Program-made: the position numbers and the translations under genes
Shown here: positions 1 to 6,528 of the stretch, in pieces
Layout of the letters: the number at the start of each line of letters is the position of its first letter
Numbering within the stretch: position 1 is the first letter of the stretch
From: a virus
Virus record (IMG/VR): IMGVR_UViG_3300046170_000494
Span: 32,001-96,000 of that record
Length of the DNA: 64,000 nucleotides
Reading direction: 5' to 3' (one strand)
Notes under the pieces: model-generated
The model's database searches: none
The model's input: only the letters and a program-made list of their open reading frames with translations
Told to the model about the DNA's origin: nothing

Positions 1-3
1 GAT

Positions 4-345
4 GTGCTTGGTTGGCAAGCTCCACACCAAGTGACTTCGCTGATGCATCAATTTGAGATTGACGGAATCAAGCACGAAAAATTACTTCACGATCTTCGGA
101 ATGACTTCAACGAAAAAGTAGTAAAAAAACACAAAGAAAGAGGCAGGATTATGAATAGTTACCAAATACTAAAGAACGGCGAGCCAATGGGCATTCAAGG
201 AACTTTTGACTACATTGTCAACGCAATACGAAACCTTGAATCAAATCTTGATCGAGCAACTGAACATTCACCTTTTACTGTTGCACTCGTAAATACTCAA
301 GCTAAAATAACAAAAAATTTAGTGGAAACAACAAATACTAAATAA
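4..345 (+). CDS. hypothetical protein (may begin before the window)
   Basis: 113-codon ORF converging on the minus-strand array; no recognisable motif; start uncertain. Confidence 0.4.
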   Translation: MLGWQAPHQVTSLMHQFEIDGIKHEKLLHDLRNDFNEKVVKKHKERGRIMNSYQILKNGEPMGIQGTFDYIVNAIRNLESNLDRATEHSPFTVALVNTQAKITKNLVETTNTK

Positions 346-469
346 TAAATAACAAATACTAAATAAAAGAATAGGTCAATCAAGATATAAAAATTATATT
401 ATAAAAGTATTTAATTAACCGATTCTATCAGGGCCCCCCTGCAGTGGGATAAGATAACTTTTTAAGAGG

Positions 470-655
470 TTACTCCCATTGGGAGTGAAATCCCCAATCA
501 ATGTCGGGCTGGTCTTCAAATTGTATGAGTGAGATCTGGTCTTCCAGCTCGCCAATTTCATTGCGTATTGCAATTCTTTGAGAGTCGGTCAAGATGCACT
601 CTTTAAGAACTTTGTGAAGTTCGAGGATTTCTTTTTGCATTTCGTTTTTGGTCAT
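470..655 (-). CDS. small early hypothetical protein
   Basis: 61 aa ORF; TTGCAA(685-690)-N17-TAAATT(662-667) ends 7 nt before the ATG. Confidence 0.75.
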   Translation of the reverse strand: MTKNEMQKEILELHKVLKECILTDSQRIAIRNEIGELEDQISLIQFEDQPDIDWGFHSQWE

Positions 656-695
656 AAAAGTAATTTAGCAAAGTAAAAAAGTAATTGCAAGCTTT

Positions 696-923
696 TTATT
701 CATCCATTAACCACTCGTCAAGTGCGTAAATGTCAAGCTCTTCATCTTTAAAGCTCGCTCCGTCAGGAGTAGCAAACATTCCTGCATTTTCAAGGCAACT
801 TGCAAGATCCTTAAAGCTCACAAATCTACGAGAGAGCTTGTAAAGGAATTCGTCATTATCTAACCAAAGAGCGACATTCCAAGTTGCCCAATTTTTCCAT
901 CCGTTGTATGTTGTATCTGTCAT
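696..923 (-). CDS. small conserved phage protein (YNGWxNWxTWNVxLW motif)
   Basis: Start moved to ATG 923, 7 nt after the TACATT -10; the N-terminal motif is one I recognise from many phage early proteins. Confidence 0.75.
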   Translation of the reverse strand: MTDTTYNGWKNWATWNVALWLDNDEFLYKLSRRFVSFKDLASCLENAGMFATPDGASFKDEELDIYALDEWLMDE

Positions 924-970
924 GATAGTAATGTAGTCAAATTTTTCACAAAAGTCAAGAAAAACTTTCA

Positions 971-1029
971 ACTATTTTATTGCACAATTCGCTCGCAGGG
1001 GGGCCCGGGTTGGATCGGGCAACTTTTTA
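971..1029. repeat. ~59 bp hairpin/G-tract repeat, copy 1
   Basis: ACTATTTTATTGCACAATTCGCTCGCAGGGGGGCCCGGGTTGGATCGGGCAACTTTTTA; 951-1029 matches 3121-3199 with 2 mismatches in 79 bp. Confidence 0.97.
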
Positions 1030-1066
1030 ACGCTAAAGGTCAGGTCACTAAAAGTGACCTATTGAC

Positions 1067-1138
1067 CTAAAGCATGAACCAAAGAAAGAATAATGGAGAG
1101 AGGATTATGCAACCTAGCTCTAGTAAAAGTAATTCCAT
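1067..1138 (-). CDS. 23 aa hydrophobic micropeptide
   Basis: MELLLLELGCIILSPLFFLWFML; starts 1 nt after the stop of 1140-1214; below the ORF-track cutoff. Confidence 0.5.
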   Translation of the reverse strand: MELLLLELGCIILSPLFFLWFML

Positions 1139-1139
1139 T

Positions 1140-1214
1140 TTAGAAAACTGAATCGGTTATTCCACGAAAAATGCCAATGACGAACGCTATTGAGAGAAGT
1201 AGTGCTAATTCCAT
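1140..1214 (-). CDS. 24 aa hydrophobic micropeptide
   Basis: MELALLLSIAFVIGIFRGITDSVF; own promoter TTGACT-N17-TACAAT ends 7 nt before the ATG. Confidence 0.6.
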   Translation of the reverse strand: MELALLLSIAFVIGIFRGITDSVF

Positions 1215-1251
1215 AATCTAATTGTAGCAAAAAAAGGCTTGTTAGTCAAGC

Positions 1252-1545
1252 CTATTCTCCGAAGATTTCACGCATTGACGGACTCACGGATTTCATGTCG
1301 TGAAGATTTTCGTCATTGTCAAAGTCATCATCTTCTTCGGCTTTGTCATCAAAAGAAGCAAGCTCTTGAACTTCATCTTGAACATCTTCTTTTTTTGCGT
1401 TAAGTAAGCCATATTCGAGAACGAGATCTTCAGCAAGCTTTTCGACCTTTAATTCTTCAATGAAGTTTTGAAGTACAGGACTTACTTCGGCATTATTATT
1501 TTCCGCAATTCTACGGATGTTTTCTAGTCTTTGTGATTCTGTCAT
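1252..1545 (-). CDS. small acidic hypothetical protein
   Basis: Start moved to ATG 1545 (MTESQRL), 8 nt after the TAATCT -10; very acidic C-terminal half. Confidence 0.7.
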   Translation of the reverse strand: MTESQRLENIRRIAENNNAEVSPVLQNFIEELKVEKLAEDLVLEYGLLNAKKEDVQDEVQELASFDDKAEEDDDFDNDENLHDMKSVSPSMREIFGE

Positions 1546-1555
1546 AGTAATTAGA

Positions 1556-1741
1556 TTAAACGAATTTTTCAGGTTTTGCAAGCAAAAACTTCATGAAAGT
1601 TTTTTGTGCTTTTTGATTGTCTTGAATCTCGTCAAGCTCAATTTGGGCATTGATGACCATTTGCATGGATTCAATGTTGCCAAGATCGGCAAGAGGTGTT
1701 TGGATTCGAATGATTTCTTTGAGTTCTTTTATTTTGTCCAT
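1556..1741 (-). CDS. small helical hypothetical protein
   Basis: 61 aa; TTGCAA-N17-TAGATT ends 7 nt before the ATG. Confidence 0.7.
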   Translation of the reverse strand: MDKIKELKEIIRIQTPLADLGNIESMQMVINAQIELDEIQDNQKAQKTFMKFLLAKPEKFV

Positions 1742-1788
1742 GGTAGTAATCTAGTTGATTTTTTAATTTATTGCAAGCTAAAAACGAT

Positions 1789-1992
1789 TTATTTTTGAAT
1801 TTCTTTAAACATTTTTTGAAGAGCTTCAACCTTTTCAATGAGTCCTTGCGTTGTCATTTCTTCAGTCAAAGTCCTTGCGGATTCTTTTTTTTCTGTGTTC
1901 ATGTAATGCAAAAACTCAATAGACCCTTTGATTTGAGCGAGCTTAATTCCGAAGTCGAGTTCTTGGAGGAGTGTTTCTTTTGTCTTAATCAT
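1789..1992 (-). CDS. small helical hypothetical protein
   Basis: 67 aa; TTGTGT-N17-TAGTTT ends 7 nt before the ATG. Confidence 0.7.
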   Translation of the reverse strand: MIKTKETLLQELDFGIKLAQIKGSIEFLHYMNTEKKESARTLTEEMTTQGLIEKVEALQKMFKEIQK

Positions 1993-2039
1993 AAGTAAAA
2001 ACTACCACAGAAACCGGCAAAACACAAGCCTAAAATTCA

Positions 2040-2098
2040 ACTATTTTATTGCACAATCCGCTCGCGGGGGGGCCCGAGTTGGATCGGGCAACTTTTTA
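2040..2098. repeat. ~59 bp hairpin/G-tract repeat, copy 2
   Basis: ACTATTTTATTGCACAATCCGCTCGCGGGGGGGCCCGAGTTGGATCGGGCAACTTTTTA. Confidence 0.97.
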
Positions 2099-2713
2099 GA
2101 CGATTTGGGTTAGTCTATTTATTTTTGCTGTGAGAGTGATTTGCCTTGCCTCATTCTGCCATTTTTGTGAACTATTGCTGAACCTTTTATTTCTAGATAG
2201 ATTCATCACAGAAAAAGCTCCTTCGTGCAGTCTATTCACTACCTTGCACAATTCTCTTGTTTCTTTGATTGGATTTGATTTGTCTTTGACAAAGTCAGAG
2301 GTTTGAAGCCAAACATTTTTCATTTTCAAGATTTCAACATTTGTTCTAATTCTGTAAAATTTTACATCAACTAAATTCTCAGGCGTTCCATCCCAAAAGC
2401 CGACAACCAAAACCAAACCTTTTTTAATTGTTTTTAATTTTCTTGCAATGTCTCCGAGTTGAATTTCTTTGCTTTTTATATTGTAGTATTTTACTTCCCA
2501 ATCTCCGATCAATTTTTTAGGAACTCCGCCTTGGCGAACAATTTCTTCAGGAAAGTCAACTTCTGCGTTGTGCTGTTCATGAGTAGGAAAGCCAAAGTAA
2601 TCAGAGATGAAGCGTTCAAACGCTTTGCCGTGCTTTCCTCTTTGTTTGTTGTGTACGCTGATATTACGAACATATTGTTTGATTTTTGGGAATGATTTTT
2701 GTGCAAGTTTCAT
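2096..2713 (-). CDS. putative PD-(D/E)XK / restriction-enzyme-like nuclease
   Basis: GKAFE ... VDF ... WEVK pattern resembles the PD-(D/E)XK core; start placed at MKLAQ behind TTGACA-N16-TAAACT. Confidence 0.5.
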   Translation of the reverse strand: MKLAQKSFPKIKQYVRNISVHNKQRGKHGKAFERFISDYFGFPTHEQHNAEVDFPEEIVRQGGVPKKLIGDWEVKYYNIKSKEIQLGDIARKLKTIKKGLVLVVGFWDGTPENLVDVKFYRIRTNVEILKMKNVWLQTSDFVKDKSNPIKETRELCKVVNRLHEGAFSVMNLSRNKRFSNSSQKWQNEARQITLTAKINRLTQIV

Positions 2714-2765
2714 AATTTTATTTTTTAAGCAATTAGATTTGAGTTTATATAAATTTTTTTTTCTG

Positions 2766-2966
2766 TCAAGCATTTCTTTCTACTGACTTCCAACCATAAG
2801 CTAAAACTTTGTCATTATAGCGAGCTTGTGAAAGCATAGCCTTAAGGTCAGAAATTTTTGCATTGATCCAATCAATTTCGCTTTGATCCATTTTACCTTG
2901 CCACATTGCAAGTTGGTTTTTTTCTATTGCGATTTCGTTTTTTATTTGTTCTGTTGTCTTAATCAT
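2766..2966 (-). CDS. small hypothetical protein
   Basis: 66 aa; TTGACT-N17-TAGATT ends 7 nt before the ATG. Confidence 0.7.
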   Translation of the reverse strand: MIKTTEQIKNEIAIEKNQLAMWQGKMDQSEIDWINAKISDLKAMLSQARYNDKVLAYGWKSVERNA

Positions 2967-3004
2967 ATTTACAATCTATTATATATTTTAGCAAAAGTCA
3001 AACT

Positions 3005-3094
3005 TTATTTTACTTTTTTTTGAGTTTTTTTAAGTTTGAAGGCGAGGAGAATTTTTTCTCTTTCTGTGAGTGGTTGTCTATCTTTTTGATTCAT
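3005..3094 (-). CDS. 29 aa basic micropeptide
   Basis: MNQKDRQPLTEREKILLAFKLKKTQKKVK; preceded by TTGACT-N17-(TGc)GATGTT. Confidence 0.5.
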   Translation of the reverse strand: MNQKDRQPLTEREKILLAFKLKKTQKKVK

Positions 3095-3140
3095 ACCTAA
3101 ACATCGCACAGAAACCCCGAAAAGTCAAGAAAAACTTTCA

Positions 3141-3199
3141 ACTATTTTATTGCACAATTCGCTCGCGGGGGGGCCCGAGTTGGATCGGGCAACTTTTTA
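3141..3199. repeat. ~59 bp hairpin/G-tract repeat, copy 3
   Basis: ACTATTTTATTGCACAATTCGCTCGCGGGGGGGCCCGAGTTGGATCGGGCAACTTTTTA. Confidence 0.97.
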
Positions 3200-3204
3200 G
3201 TTGG

Positions 3205-3513
3205 TTAAAACACAAGAAGATCTGGCTCAGCAGTATTAGAAGCGAACCAGTCGGATGGGTTAATTTCTTGACCATTTAGTACAGGCTCGAATTTGTACTG
3301 ATAGACGCCCGCGTTAGCTATGCCGTTGACGCGTTCGCGTGTGGTGGGTGTATTCCATCCCGCAAGCGACCATCTGACAAGCCCGTCAGGATCGCGTTTG
3401 ACAATTGCGTTACCATGCAGCCAAACGGTTTTGCCGTCTGTCTCGGTGTTGCCGACTTTTAAAGATGTGCCTTGCTCGAAGGCTGCTTTGATTTGTGCTG
3501 TTACTTTTCGCAT
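3205..3513 (-). CDS. conserved phage hypothetical protein (GWNTPTTRERVN motif)
   Basis: 102 aa; starts 2 nt after the stop of 3516-3719; the W-x-T-x-TT-x-x-R motif is typical of a widespread phage early family. Confidence 0.75.
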   Translation of the reverse strand: MRKVTAQIKAAFEQGTSLKVGNTETDGKTVWLHGNAIVKRDPDGLVRWSLAGWNTPTTRERVNGIANAGVYQYKFEPVLNGQEINPSDWFASNTAEPDLLVF

Positions 3514-3515
3514 AA

Positions 3516-3719
3516 TTATTTTGTTTCGTTTTTTCTTTGTTTGTGAAGGATTGCTTGCAATTGTTTTCTTGCTTCCTGTATTGCATGCAACGCATCCAAC
3601 ACAGCTTCGCCTTGTGTGAATGTTTTCATTTCTGCATTAGCAAGGAAGTTCAGATTTCCTTCGGCTTTCGAAAGAGCGAGTCCGAGTTCTAGTTCGATGA
3701 ATCTTTTTTGTTCTGTCAT
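3516..3719 (-). CDS. small hypothetical protein
   Basis: 67 aa; TTGCAA-N17-TAAAGT ends 7 nt before the ATG. Confidence 0.7.
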   Translation of the reverse strand: MTEQKRFIELELGLALSKAEGNLNFLANAEMKTFTQGEAVLDALHAIQEARKQLQAILHKQRKNETK

Positions 3720-3771
3720 AGTATTACTTTAAGAAATTTTTTGTGCAATTGCAAGCTAAAAGTGAATTATT

Positions 3772-3963
3772 TTAAGCTATCCATTCGACAAGTTCAAACT
3801 TTCTAGGCAGTCCAAACTTGGCAAGATCTTTGTTCAAGTCTTCAATCGTTGCGTGATGTTCGCATTTCATCATTACATTTGAGCTGATCAGCTCGCCTGT
3901 CTTGCGGTCAATTATATTTACTTTGGCAATGAAGCCGTTTACTTTATTATTTGTCTTAATCAT
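3772..3963 (-). CDS. small hypothetical protein
   Basis: Start moved to ATG 3963 (MIKTNN), 9 nt after the TACCTT -10. Confidence 0.7.
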   Translation of the reverse strand: MIKTNNKVNGFIAKVNIIDRKTGELISSNVMMKCEHHATIEDLNKDLAKFGLPRKFELVEWIA

Positions 3964-4024
3964 ATACCTACAAGGTAGCACATCAGGTCAGAAATTGCAA
4001 GCAAAAAGTGAAAAAAGATTCTCT

Positions 4025-4081
4025 TATTTTATTGCACAATTCAACCGCCGGGGGGCCCGAGTTGGATCGGGCAACTTTTTA
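4025..4081. repeat. ~59 bp hairpin/G-tract repeat, copy 4 (diverged left of the G tract)
   Basis: TATTTTATTGCACAATTCAACCGCCGGGGGGCCCGAGTTGGATCGGGCAACTTTTTA. Confidence 0.95.
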
Positions 4082-4156
4082 GTCAGTTAGTAGATCGCTA
4101 AACATAAAGTAGAATACGAGAGACATATTGGCGAAAAAGATAATTTCTAAGATCAT
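4079..4156 (-). CDS. 25 aa hydrophobic micropeptide
   Basis: MILEIIFFANMSLVFYFMFSDLLTD; its TAA stop lies in the end of repeat copy 4. Confidence 0.5.
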   Translation of the reverse strand: MILEIIFFANMSLVFYFMFSDLLTD

Positions 4157-4175
4157 AATTTTTTAGTTGTTTAGG

Positions 4176-4334
4176 TTACTTATTACTTGAGAGAATAGGT
4201 GAGCGAGTGCGTTGGCTTAATTCTTGAGCTATTTCTAAAGCCTTCGCATAGCTTTTCGCGTTGTCAACGAGCTTGCCGTTGTAAAAAACATTGAACCAAT
4301 TTTGGAAGTTTGGGTTTCTGAATACATTAATCAT
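4176..4334 (-). CDS. 52 aa hypothetical protein
   Basis: MINVFRNPNFQNWFNVFYNGKLVDNAKSYAKALEIAQELSQRTRSPILSSNK; promoter TTGACC-N16-TAGAAT; not in the ORF track. Confidence 0.7.
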   Translation of the reverse strand: MINVFRNPNFQNWFNVFYNGKLVDNAKSYAKALEIAQELSQRTRSPILSSNK

Positions 4335-4373
4335 AATTATTTATTCTAAAGGTTTACTAGCAAAGGTCAAGCT

Positions 4374-4580
4374 TTATTGCCAAATTGTTTCCACATCGTC
4401 GTGGATTTGAGAGAAAGAAATGTCTTGCTCTTCCGCAAGTATTCTGTCAAGGTATGGAGCTCGACCTGTTTTGCGGTCGATGTTCGCGGAACGAACTCGT
4501 GGATATTCTTGGGATGGGTTATCCCAAACTTTAACGCTGTAGTGGGTTGACCACTTTTTAATTCTTATTTTCTTAATCAT
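4374..4580 (-). CDS. small hypothetical protein
   Basis: 68 aa; TTGCAA-N17-TAAAGT ends 9 nt before the ATG. Confidence 0.7.
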   Translation of the reverse strand: MIKKIRIKKWSTHYSVKVWDNPSQEYPRVRSANIDRKTGRAPYLDRILAEEQDISFSQIHDDVETIWQ

Positions 4581-4629
4581 ATGTAATTACTTTAATCTTT
4601 TTTTTTAAAAATTGCAAGTAAAAAGCAAA

Positions 4630-4878
4630 TTATTTTACGAGTTCAAGTATTTCTTCGCAAGCTTCGACGCATCCCGATTCCCAAAACAACTCAGGATCTC
4701 GTATCTCGGAAACAACTTTTTCGGATGACAACTCAGAAGGAACTGAAACAACTTCACCAAGTCCAAGCTTGCCACCAAAGGCTTCTGCTAAGTTGTCGCA
4801 AGCACGATCGTTGCAACCTTCGTCAGCGTCGGCAAGTATTGAAAAGAGAGCTTGTATTTTTTCTTGTGATAATTTCAT
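4630..4878 (-). CDS. small acidic hypothetical protein
   Basis: Start moved to MKLSQ at 4878, behind TTGCAA-N16-TAGATT and an A/T-rich leader. Confidence 0.65.
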   Translation of the reverse strand: MKLSQEKIQALFSILADADEGCNDRACDNLAEAFGGKLGLGEVVSVPSELSSEKVVSEIRDPELFWESGCVEACEEILELVK

Positions 4879-4966
4879 AATTTTTTTTCTTATATTGTTT
4901 AACTTACTATATATACAATCTAACAAACTGAGCCGGAATTGCAAGAAAAAAGCGAAAAAAGATTCA

Positions 4967-4981
4967 ACTATTTTATTGCAC
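4967..4981. repeat. partial copy 5 of the repeat (left arm only)
   Basis: ACTATTTTATTGCAC followed by unrelated C-tracts; the upstream flank resembles that of copy 4. Confidence 0.8.
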
Positions 4982-5223
4982 TATACCCCCACCCCCGGTA
5001 TGACCCTACCCATTAAATGAATTCATTTCCTGTATTAGTTTTGTGAGAAGTGCGGGGGGTGCCTTTTTTCAATATGAAATTCATCTTATAAATTACAATA
5101 TATATGTTCAACTAAAAAAAATACGGGGCCTATATAAAAATAATCAATTTATATATAAAACAATAAGGCTTGCCTCATAAAAAAATAAAAAACGTGTACT
5201 ATTATGTTAGTATAATATATAAA

Positions 5224-5958
5224 ATGCCTCGACGCAAGAAAAAACCGGAAATCGTGAATGAGGATGATATCGAAAGAATTCGTACCTCATTAACCAAAAC
5301 AAATATAAAACTTAAACAAATAAGTTTAACGGACAAACAAAAACAATTATTAAAAATAATCTTTGACAAAGATAGTAAAATAATATTTATTAGTGGTCCC
5401 GCTGGAACAAGTAAAACATATGTTGCAATATATGGAGCCTTGCAATTATACAACATGAATAATGAGCGCGGAATTACTTATGTTCGAACAATTGCAGAGA
5501 GTGGTGAAAAAAGTCTTGGAGCGTTGCCTGGCGAAATGGCGGAAAAAATCAATCCATACATGATGCCAATGAATGAAAAACTAGATGAATTATTAATTCC
5601 TGGTCAAGCAAGTATAGTAAAAGACAAAGAAATAGTTAAAGGTATGCCTATCAACTACTTACGCGGAGCAAGTTGGCGCGACGAGATTGTAATCGCGGAT
5701 GAATCTCAAAATTTCACATTTAAAGAATTAACAACATTAATGACACGTCTTGGTCGCGGCAGTAAATTAATTATTTGCGGTGACCCTATGCAAAGTGATA
5801 TTAATGGGAAAAGTGGATTTGCAGATATGTACTCTGTGTTTAATGATGAAGATAGTCGCGAGAAAGGAATACATACTTTTCATTTCGGAGCAGAAGATAT
5901 TCAAAGAAGTGAAATACTTAAGTATGTAATAACTAAAATTCAAAATCATAAAAAATAG
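5224..5958 (+). CDS. phoH: PhoH-family ATPase
   Basis: Walker A GPAGTSKT, LGALPG, YLRGASW, DESQN, TRLGRGSKLIICGD; likely ATG at 5224. Confidence 0.95.
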   Translation: MPRRKKKPEIVNEDDIERIRTSLTKTNIKLKQISLTDKQKQLLKIIFDKDSKIIFISGPAGTSKTYVAIYGALQLYNMNNERGITYVRTIAESGEKSLGALPGEMAEKINPYMMPMNEKLDELLIPGQASIVKDKEIVKGMPINYLRGASWRDEIVIADESQNFTFKELTTLMTRLGRGSKLIICGDPMQSDINGKSGFADMYSVFNDEDSREKGIHTFHFGAEDIQRSEILKYVITKIQNHKK

Positions 5959-5971
5959 TGTATGAAGTACT

Positions 5972-6502
5972 ATGTCTATTCAGTTATTAGCATCTTCTCC
6001 AGGCCAAGTAGGAGTTGATAGTATTCGCACTGCAGTTAATACTGTATTAACTACAATCGGCGCAAGCACTACTCCATTAACAGCTAGCCCTGGTCAAACT
6101 TCAGTTGACACAATTAGAACAAAGGTTAATCAATTATTGCAAGATGCAGGTTCAACTATTACTTTATTATCTGTAAGCCCGAATCAAATTACAGTTGATC
6201 AATTAAGAACTAAAGTTAACGAAATCATTCAAGCCGCAAATGATGGAACGATAGGTGGAAGATTCAACTTTGCTCTACTTGAAAATAGCGACAAGATATT
6301 GATTGAGGTCGGCGGAGGACTACTTCTTGAGGGTGGTCAAAGTCTTGACAGATTAACCTCAGAATCTGAAGTTGACATTATCACAGAAGGAACTGAAGAT
6401 TTTATTGTTGTCGAAGGAGACGCTAGCCTTAATGCACTTTCTCTTGAGAATGGAGATGAATTATTGCTTGAAGATTTAGTTACTACATTAGATTTAGAAT
6501 AA
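5972..6502 (+). CDS. putative virion protein with two kinds of internal repeat
   Basis: Three ~29 aa SPGQxxVDxIRTKVN repeats followed by LxENGDxLLLE-like acidic repeats. Confidence 0.6.
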   Translation: MSIQLLASSPGQVGVDSIRTAVNTVLTTIGASTTPLTASPGQTSVDTIRTKVNQLLQDAGSTITLLSVSPNQITVDQLRTKVNEIIQAANDGTIGGRFNFALLENSDKILIEVGGGLLLEGGQSLDRLTSESEVDIITEGTEDFIVVEGDASLNALSLENGDELLLEDLVTTLDLE

Positions 6503-6528
6503 TATAAAAAATTAGTGTATAATAAATT

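Larger units (their letters stand above)
655..4944 (-). promoter_or_regulatory. cluster of 14 sigma70-type promoters, 12 leaderless or nearly so
   Basis: -35/-10 pairs spaced 16-17 nt: 685-690/662-667, 953-958/930-935, 1244-1249/1221-1226, 1576-1581/1553-1558, 1771-1776/1748-1753, 2022-2027/1999-2004, 2764-2769/2742-2747, 2996-3001/2973-2978, 3123-3128/3100-3105, 3749-3754/3726-3731, 3995-4000/3972-3977, 4365-4370/4343-4348, 4612-4617/4589-4594, 4939-4944/4917-4922. The -35 is TTGCAA/TTGACN/TTGTGT; the -10 is TANNNT (GATGTT with TGn at 3100). Confidence 0.85.

Noticed and set aside
330-365. 15 bp direct repeat AACAAATACTAAATA (330, 351)
   Set aside because: Only two copies of low-complexity A-rich sequence; likely a slippage duplication.
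1042-1060. Hairpin AGGTCAC-TAAAA-GTGACCT
   Set aside because: No U-tract on either strand and not present in the other blocks.
971-4081. Array repeat read as a CRISPR array
   Set aside because: Intervals are ~0.9-1.1 kb and full of genes; no cas operon. The Cas4-like nuclease lies in the replication block.
971-4081. Array repeat read as an integron attC site
   Set aside because: GTTGGAT fits GTTRRRY but there is no upstream RYYYAAC partner on the same strand, each interval holds several genes, and no integrase is in the window.
1517-5020. Plus-strand ORFs over the early array (1517, 1771, 2459, 3070, 3320, 3902, 4769) and alternate-frame 2509, 3410
   Set aside because: Antisense or off-frame shadows of promoter-backed genes; no motifs or expression signals.
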